NCBI GenBank assembly: GCA_964016885.1 | Contig: OZ024742.1 | Span: 115,382,001 to 115,446,000 of the forward strand | DNA: 64,000 nt | Reading direction: 5' to 3' | Origin: Eledone cirrhosa | Lineage: Eukaryota | In this document: piece after piece, positions 54,862 through 64,000 of the stretch | How the letters are laid out: each line of letters starts with the position of its first letter | How positions within the stretch are numbered: the first letter of the stretch is position 1 | Translations under genes and position numbers: made by a program | Notes under the pieces: generated by a model | Databases searched by the model: none | What the model saw: only the letters and a program-made list of their open reading frames with translations | Told to the model about the DNA's origin: nothing

Positions 54862-55664
54862 CATTCAGCCCACTACATTGTCGGCAACTTTATAGCAGTA
54901 TATTCCTTACCAACACGGTTTAATTGCAGGAGACTCCTATTCTCAAATTGCCTTATGAAGTAAACTGAAACGAAAAGTCAATCCATGAATTAGGATTTAT
55001 TCATTGAAATTATGAATAGTCAATCTAGATTTAATAAACAATGATCTCATAGATAATTCGATAATTCGTGTGAAATATTAGGTTCCACCATTGTTCAACT
55101 AAGGTATTTACAGAATCTATCTTGTAAAAAGGTATACCACTAAGGTGAATTTTCCAATTCGCAACGAATGCCGGCTCCATAAACATTATTTAACAAACAG
55201 CAACAATGCAAGAATGCTCCCAACATTAATGCGAATATGGCAATTCAGTGCATAATATCCAATATTACTGAAACCAAATTGCAACAAAAAATATATAGTT
55301 ACCATACAATCAGAGAAAATGTTATCCGGAATAATCCAAATTGAAACATGTGTCAACACCCTTAAAAGACGGCATGAACAATGGGACAACTATTTCTATA
55401 TTTTAGACTTGACATTTTATACATTTCTCTTTTAATAACCCTTACTGAATGACTTCAATTGTACAAAGGAAAGTACACAGAATCTTCAGTTATTACACAC
55501 ACACACACATATATATATATATACATATTTTACGCATTTTTTTTTCTTCTCCCCAATTTTTTTCTCATTTTCCCAGGTCCATTTCCTGATCACTCGGTGC
55601 TTTATATTAATCTCTTATTTCTAACTCTATCTTCTGATGAAGGACTAGCTTATTGACAAATAAA

Positions 55665-56150
55665 TCCTTATATATGCTAGATGCACAAACATTGAGTCTA
55701 CGATCACATCCTATCAAATGCGTTGGGCAGGCCATGTTTTACTTATGAATGATTATAGACTCCCAGCAAAACTATTTTACAGCCAATTACACACTGGGAA
55801 ACTCTTTCAGCACAAACAGAGAAAATGATATAAAAACTACAGAAAATCATCCTTAAGGATATACAGATTGAAGGATAGAACTAGAAAGTGCTAGATTTAC
55901 AGAGGGTTGAATTGAGAGGTCATCTGAAGGAATGCTGTACAATGATGGAAGAGGGACGTCACGACCATGAAATACTTAATCGTTAGCATCGAATATGCCG
56001 CATTAAGAACACATTATGAAACTAACTAAAAAAATAGGGAACTGGAGATATAAAGTGTGTGGTCGTCTAAATCTAGGTAGATCACTCACCTAAAGTCACA
56101 GGAAAGACCAACTGTGTACAGTATTATCCCTTCAATACAAGTGAGATAAC
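55665..56150 (+). mobile_element. RTE (BovB-like) LINE 3' fragment
   Basis: IESTITSYQMRWAGHVLLMNDYRLPAKLFYSQLHTG. Confidence 0.8.
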
Positions 56151-56289
56151 ACATGTTCTGTGTGTGTGTGTATGCGGTTGTGCCTGTGTGTGAGTGCGGG
56201 TATGTGTATGTGTGAGTGTGCGTGTATGTTCAATGCATTCTATTATTGAACATCAGGTTGTCTCACAGAGATTAAATTATTGTTTACTT

Positions 56290-58950
56290 ACTTTCTAAAG
56301 TAGACACAATAGGAAGTGTGTATAGCTCCATAGATCCTTCATAGGTCTGTATATGCCCTTCATAAATATTTAAATTTTATTTAATGAACATTATAAACTC
56401 AACCATGCTCCAAAGTTCAAAGCACAGAATAGCACTCAGACAAATTAAAATCGAAAATGTCATCGACATTTTCTTGCAACCTCCATAGAACATTGAAATT
56501 CTGGGGGATTTTAATGCAGTTAATCCAAATTAGAATATAAGCTTCAGAACACATTTACAGAATGAAATAAGCAGACTATTCTTAGAGACTATGAATGAAT
56601 ATAATTTTATTGTAATTAAATTAACAGACTCTGCAAACTACATTCTTTGTCTAAACAGATCCACCCCCAAGAAGTAGTCATTTATGTCCTTCCCTATCAA
56701 GTTAGCCGTTAATAGAAGAATGGAAATTAGCCCATAAAACGGGCATAATTTTAGATCGTGACCGCAGTGTATTTAATATTACAATCCCTTTAATCAATAA
56801 GAATGATAATAATATTAATAATGAAGTAGAGACAAAAGTAAGAAAATACAAATTCAGCATGTCTGGCTCGCCTAAATTTACTAATTATTTAGAAGCACAA
56901 TTATCACCCCCACAAGGAATTTAACGACATCAATCAGGTGAAGAGCAGAAAATAATTCTTCAGTTATTTATCGGCAATATACAGAAATAATTACTGACAA
57001 ATTCCATATAACTTATCTCAAGTGAATAAAAATTATAACGATAATACAATGAACAACTAGAATAAGACACAATGAATCAAATTCTTAAAATAAATAAAAG
57101 AGTAAATGTCGTTATCATTAAGAATGTATAAATATCATCCAATGTAATCCAATTATGAAATGTAGTAATGATTAAGGAAGTTTAAAACGCAAATAAAATA
57201 ATTCTAATATTATATTCGATGTATTCAAACGAACCTAGAATCCATTGGGGATATATGAAGCATTTGAAACTCAGGGATCACAGAATCTCCCAAAGCTAAA
57301 TCAGCTCATTTAACACATGATGACAATAGTGAAGTAATTTCAGATATCACCAAACTCTCATCACTAATTGTGGAATCGTCTTTAGGATTTTTTTTTTATT
57401 TATATAAACAAATAATAAAAACAAAGAAATTACTCAGTTCACTCCAATTATAATCATCCCACTTATAATTGAACAAAGGCTACTGTTAGTAAAAGATGTG
57501 TTAGAACATGAAACTGGCACAATTATCAATGAACCATGGAGTGAGTGCAACACACTCCTTCTAATTTTATTTTAAAATGGTTTCTATTTTTGGCACAAGG
57601 ACACCAAATACCCAGTGTATTACTGTTACTTTATTTTATCGACCCCATAAGGATGAAAGGCAAAGTTAACCTCGGCAGGATTTGAACTCAGAATGGCAAG
57701 GGCCGTAACTCTATGCGTCAAATCATGGCGTCCAACCCTCTACCGATACTGCCAATCCACCATAATATTAATGAATGTCAAAAACATCCATATATTTACG
57801 ATTGCTTAAATAAATAATGACCAAACGAAATAAGGCTAACTTCCATTCAGCAAGGTCAGATCATCATATAGTTTTGAAAAGTAATTTATCTAAAACATTG
57901 TGGGTCATAAAGTATCTTACATGCCGGAAGTAACGAATTATTTCCTCTAATGCCAGTACTGATTTCGAGAATTGTACACATGAAATTACCACGTAGATGA
58001 GACATTGAAAACTAATGAAAAAAATAGCTAATAGCTTGGTATCGCAAAATGCACATGGGGCATATTATAATATAGTTCATGATGATCTAATTAAACATGA
58101 TTTTTGTACTAATAATTTTCTGACCAAAACTTAAATTTGGTAATGGCATTAGCCAAATAAACTTTATGCCTTTTTTCATATCTCCATATGGCTTTTCTAG
58201 TCTCATCTACTGTTGTGAAATTACTGAAATTTCAGATTTTGCTTATGATATCAACCTGTGTATATTATTTCGTATCATCGATAACAACAAAACAAAATCA
58301 CTTCTATCAAGTGAAACTAAATGGACAAACAAACATTATCAACAAGTCGATACCTCTAAAACACAATTGATTAATTTTTACATCCGAAAACATTGTAAAT
58401 ATGAAGATCATGAAATTCATTTAATTAATTGTCGATTAATGTCACAAAAATACAGCAAAATAATCCTTACAATCTTATTTGAAATGGAGAACTCATGACA
58501 TGTATATATCACCACAACGTAGCATTGCATTCAGGTTATATCAAAATAATATCATTGCTTAAAATAATAACTATTGAGATTATATTATGAACACTCAAAT
58601 AGAGAAATCAGAGCACAAGCCATCTTCGGGCTACCGAAACAATCACATATAATCCCTTTATCTTCTACTAAAAGAAAAAACAGCTATTTTTCATAAAAAA
58701 GGATTAATCCTTACATATTTAGTTATAGAAGAACTCGTGATAGCTTAATTCTAACCTTCTCATTTTAAACAGTAAAATAAAACAATATGGTATTGGCCGA
58801 TTCAAGTATAGAACAACTAAAATCTTTTAAAATGACAATAAAGCGGGAAAATAAGAACACCATAACAACATAACACAACGCACTTTCTTTAACAAATTGT
58901 TCAATTATCCAGACGGGTCAGATTGAGACAATGAGTAGGTTGTACAGCTG
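56290..58950 (+). mobile_element. Highly decayed APE-RT LINE (I/Jockey group)
   Basis: ILGDFNA (APE motif) at about 56498, RT-like remnants including FAYDI at about 58238, many stops. Confidence 0.55.
57575..57761 (-). mobile_element. tRNA-derived SINE
   Basis: Reverse complement of the consensus. Confidence 0.9.
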
Positions 58951-60938
58951 TTTGGTGCTTTCAAAACAATGATATAAATATAACCACCAGATAATGGTAG
59001 TGGGGAAGTATATGAAAGATAGACTCGACCAAAAACTCATCGAACATTGAACCTTTAATCAAGGAAAGAATTCGAGTCAAAGATATTGATTGTATTGTTC
59101 TAAAAAAAAGAAAAGCAAAGAAAGGCAATGAGATAGTGGAAAACAGTTGAATTGATAAATTAAATGAATATTAAATTAAATTAATTCATTTGAAAATACA
59201 CAAATATATTTCTAGAATAGAATTACATAAAAGTAACAAAGAATTTAATATTTAATCAACATATAGAAAAAGGTAGTTTGCAGTGCAAAAGTCTATAAAT
59301 GCTATAAATGAGAATATATGAAAGGGAAAAGGCAAGGGAAAAGCCAACGAAAGAAGAAAAGCGGGAAGGGGAGAAGTTGACCGACTCTACGTCTGAGACA
59401 GAGCGGTGTTTCGCAGAAAAAAAGGGTAAATACATGTTCGCCGTCAATGGCAAACGACACAGGCATTGCGGATCGCGGTACCGTAGGGTTTTAGCCAAAC
59501 TGACTAGGTAGTTGGTGGAGAACGTACCACAAAATCCCACAACCCAGATAATGGATTTACTTTCCACGAAAGGGAAGTTGGTAATTATGTCGGGACCTAG
59601 CTATATTCATGGTTGTAGCCTGCTGGTTCCTTTTGTAGTGGTAAGCCGGCTGTTTCTAGACTCCTTTTAATTATATTGTTCAGATAAGCATGGCGTTGGC
59701 TTAGCCTGCACTCTGGCGGCATGATAGTGAATGCAAGCCGAACACGTAGACGACAGCTCCACAAGGGCATATTTGTGGCCCACCAACGTGTAGTTCAAGG
59801 TGTTGGGCCACTCCAGTGTGAGTGCATTCATCATCAAGAAGGGTATAAATAGATACGGAGGGCACGGAAATGAGCTATCAACCGCTGTTTAACTGCAAAG
59901 CGAAACGAAGTCCGGGGATGTGGTGTTGGACCTATCCAGTCTGGATCCGCCTAATGGTAGGGAAATTATTTATATACATAACATTCTTAATCTATCACAA
60001 TTCGTATCATTTAGCAAATCCTAATTGGTAAAGAGTAGGTAAAAGTAGGAGCATAATCTAGAGATACGTTGTGAAATGTCCATCTTTTGTTAGCTCAGCC
60101 AGATATGTCAACGTATAAAACGTATGGCAATCTGTCGTGGTAAGGGATAGGATATTTTGGAGCTCGTTTTTAAAATCCTATTATAATCCTATTATAACCT
60201 ATTAAAATCATATTATAATCCTATTATATAATCCCTTTATAAATTATCAACAATGCAGTAATAAGATATTCCAATAATTAGAGGCTACACAATGATAAAA
60301 AACAAACAAAATATGTAACAAACTTATTGTTGTCGTTATTTTTCACTTTTGTTTACTTTCGGTTTTTTGAGTAGTTTCTTCTCTTTTTATCTTTTCCTTC
60401 TTTTTGCTTCCTGAATATAAAGGGGATTACATACTTTTACAAATCTGTTATGGATTCATTAATCTGACTAAATAAATAAATTATAAATAATCATATAAAT
60501 ATTTATAGAGGTGTGCGCGGTGTCATATAGCTTAATTAATAGATATGCAGATTTCTAGAAGAAACGAACAGTGGTACATTTGAGGTAAAACGAAAGTAAA
60601 GTCGAACAGATTTAAAATAAAATAATTCTCTTCTTTTCACGATTTTTGTTTTAATACATAACACAGTACTGCTGAAACCGAAATTAACTTTTTGTAAAAC
60701 TGCCGAGAAATAATGTAAGAGAGACGAAAGGAGAGAATGGAATATAGCTTGAACGCAAACAAGCAATCTGCCTATGGCAAAACAAATAGAATACAAATCT
60801 GCAAGATAGTGAAAACAAACGATATATACAAAAAGAAGTGTATATAGTGTGGTATGATATAATCAGGATCGATACGCTCATCCAAACGGTATGACATTAA
60901 CCAGCAGAATAAAGTAGTTTGTTTATAGACATGTAAGA

Positions 60939-61000
<62 letters not shown>

Positions 61001-61076
61001 TGTTAGTAAAATCCAGTACACCAATATGCGGATAGGGAGCAGTCAACGAAGATATAAGTTAAGTTCCGGAGTTATA

Positions 61077-61179
61077 ATAGTGACGGAACATAAGTCAATT
61101 GCATGAACTCATAATCCTTTATTTACTACAGTAAATAAGGGTTATGAGTTCATGCAATTGACTTATGTTTCGTCACTAT
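61077..61179. repeat. Near-perfect 103-bp palindrome
   Basis: ATAGTGACG(G/A)AACATAAGTCAATTGCATGAACTCATAA... mirrored around about 61128 with about 3 mismatches. Confidence 0.95.
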
Positions 61180-61180
61180 A

Positions 61181-61302
<122 letters not shown>

Positions 61303-61918
61303 TGTGTGTGTGTATATATATAACGAAAGAGGAAATCCAACATTTTATTCAAATTTCATCCTTAATTTCTACAGAAACAATCAATCGATCATTCCATCAA
61401 CATTCCAACAGTTTAACAACGGTAGCGTTGATATACTTACAGATTCCTTTTTACCTAGAAAATTGATTTCGATCCCCGAAAACATTTGCCAACAACAATC
61501 ATTGAAAATTGCCTTTTGTCATACTAAGAATTGGAGGTCATATCAACAAGTCTTCCAACCAAGCGAAACACATCAGTACGATGGCTCCCTTCATTTGCCA
61601 TAGCAGGGGGAAAGGGCTTATTGGTTAGTTAGGCGATAGGATGCTGAAATGGCAGCAGCTCACATTGCCTATCAAAATGCATCTCATTGGTCATGTGATC
61701 GGGTCATGAGTAAAAATTATAGGAGAAAATTTAAATCTAATTGATGACAGAGAGGCCAGTGGGAATTACGGATTTCGCTACTTATGTAAATACTCTACAA
61801 CAGTCAAAAGCATGCGTGGAAATTAGGCTTGGAGCATATCATATCGATTCGTTCATAGCACATCGGTACCTATGTATAACGAATAGGCGGATAACGATTT
61901 GAAAAAGAACATAATAAT

Positions 61919-62090
61919 TGTTTCTACTTTTGGTACAAGGCCAGTGCATTACTGGTACTTTATTTTATCGACCCTGTAAGGATGATAGGCAAAGTAAACC
62001 TCGGCGGGATTTGAACTCAGAATGGCACGGACCGTAACTCTATGCGTCAAAGCAAGGCGTCCGACCCTCTACCGATACTGCCAATCAACC
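61919..62090 (-). mobile_element. SINE with 18-bp TSD (one mismatch)
   Basis: GAAAAAGAACATAATAAT at 61901-61918 and GAAAAAGAACACAATAAT at 62091-62108. Confidence 0.93.
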
Positions 62091-62192
62091 GAAAAAGAAC
62101 ACAATAATGTCTACACTTTAACAGAAAAGAGTTGAGATGCCTACTGATTCGTTACACACACACACACACGCACGCACACACACACACACCCC

Positions 62193-62288
<96 letters not shown>

Positions 62289-64000
62289 TATGAAATTACT
62301 TGATCATTTATTCATGTATTCACCATCTAATATCAGACTGTAACATAATTTCCAATCCACTGGCTAGCTAGATGTTTAATGTACTAAACTTGCACTGATA
62401 CAAACAAAAAGATACATCACCCAAATACCACGTAAATCAAAATGTATAATGTTAACGACCGAATTTTAGAATTGTTATTGTACTACTAACTATACTGTCG
62501 CAAAGTTATAGTACCAGACGGACATAACGGAAAAGATTCTATTTATATGCTAAAGATCAATTGCAATTAAGTTATTAAGCCATGTTTATATTCATATCAT
62601 GTTACTCAGTTAGTTACCAACGTGACTCTACACCTTCAGATCATTGCTTGTTATGCTAAAATTAGCAAAAACTCCCTCAAATAAAAATTTGCACTTTTAA
62701 AAACGGCTTCAAAACCCTTCAGATTTAAACAATATATTTCATCATAATATTGCTCAATCAGACCCACAGTATTCAACAAACTTGAATAAATATTGGTTTA
62801 ATGACAGTTGTGTAATCTCGAATATTCTGTGAATGCTAGCAAGCAAAATATATTTGGTCATTGTGCTTAATTCTAATTTCTGCGTCACGAAATTGAAATT
62901 TCTATTTACTATATACCATATATCAAGCGGGTAAATTGAGGGAGTAGTTATTATGGTTAGGGTTAACACGTAAGCCCTTTGACATTCCACTTCTGCGTTC
63001 TCAGACAGTTCATATACTGTCAACTGGTTATTTCAATAGCTTCGGCGTTTATAAATACGATGCAAGTCGAATATTTGTGTCGCTGTTCTTATATCTCCCG
63101 GGTCCTCCCTGCAGACTTTGTGTATTTTTATTTATTGGAAAATTAAAGGAAATCATAAAAGCAATTGCTGACCATAAACGGTGAAGGAGAGTCTCCCTCA
63201 AATTTCAAACGATCTTGACACGCCATGGTATAGAAGGGGAACTCACAAGAAAGGGGGATAAGATATATATATATATATATATAATCTTTATAGATTAAAA
63301 GGAAATGTGTTACAATTAAATTAAATTTTAATTAACACTGGTTAAGATATATAACAATAAAACCTGATTGATGAAATGATATAAAATAACCAGATATACA
63401 AAACAGTATATGACATTCATGATTTCGATAAATTTAATTTGTCAGCACAGAAAGTAATTCATGAACGTTTTCAATTGAATAATTGTTTATTGCAATTCTT
63501 TATTTTATATCTGCTTTTATGATTTCATTTAATTTTCGAATAAACACAAAACAAAAAATGTAAACGAGGAAAAGAAAGTGAAAACTAAAAAGAAAATAAA
63601 CCAAATAAATTTGGTAACTTCAGTAAATCAACATTGCTTTCCAGAATAGGTTAATTAATAATTTCTTTCTATATTGCTGTTTGTTTCTGTCGTTTGTTTT
63701 AGTGAATGGGTCAGTGACCCGTATAGATTTCATTGGCAATTAATGAAAAAGATTCTAAACATCATACCCGCAAAAAAGCGACATAATCTGCCAGTCATAT
63801 GTGTCAATCATCTAGAGTGGCTAAAAGATGTAATAAGTGTTTATGTGTTTGCGATAGTGTTTGTCTTTCTAAATGTGCATGCGTTTATGCATGTGATTCT
63901 GTTGAATTTTGTTCTATTATATATATTTTTTCTATTTTGTAAATCTTGTGGTATTTGTTTGTATATTGTTCTTAAAGTTGATGATAAAAAAAATGGAAGT

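Overview
This is AT-rich eukaryotic DNA, not prokaryotic, and it is saturated with transposons and microsatellites. The tRNA-derived SINE family and the long (TA)n tracts point to an octopod cephalopod (my inference). Most six-frame ORFs are microsatellite artefacts or decayed transposon fragments. Elements I recognise are CR1, RTE, L1/Tx1, Dong/R4, CRE and I/Jockey-like LINE relics; many Penelope-like elements (Naiad and Neptune types, with inverted pLTRs, mostly embedded in (TA)n); about ten young SINEs, several with TSDs; and mariner, hATm, Chapaev3, pogo and Helitron relics. The most notable signals are: (1) about a dozen type-I hammerhead ribozyme motifs at Penelope-type termini, including U4C and compensatory U3:A8 core variants and very long stem II insertions; (2) small exons of a candidate minus-strand host gene (signal/anchor peptide, three well-phased exons at 30.2-32.5 kb, two speculative distal exons that read either as an open alternative frame or as an ShK-like Cys pattern broken by TAG/TAA); (3) a fold-back repeat carrying a 71-nt tRNA-like gene with a GGA anticodon and no long variable arm; (4) a young Naiad copy with an open chimeric GIY-YIG ORF inside a ~0.75 kb inverted repeat. 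All alignments and folds were done by eye, so coordinates of decayed elements are approximate.
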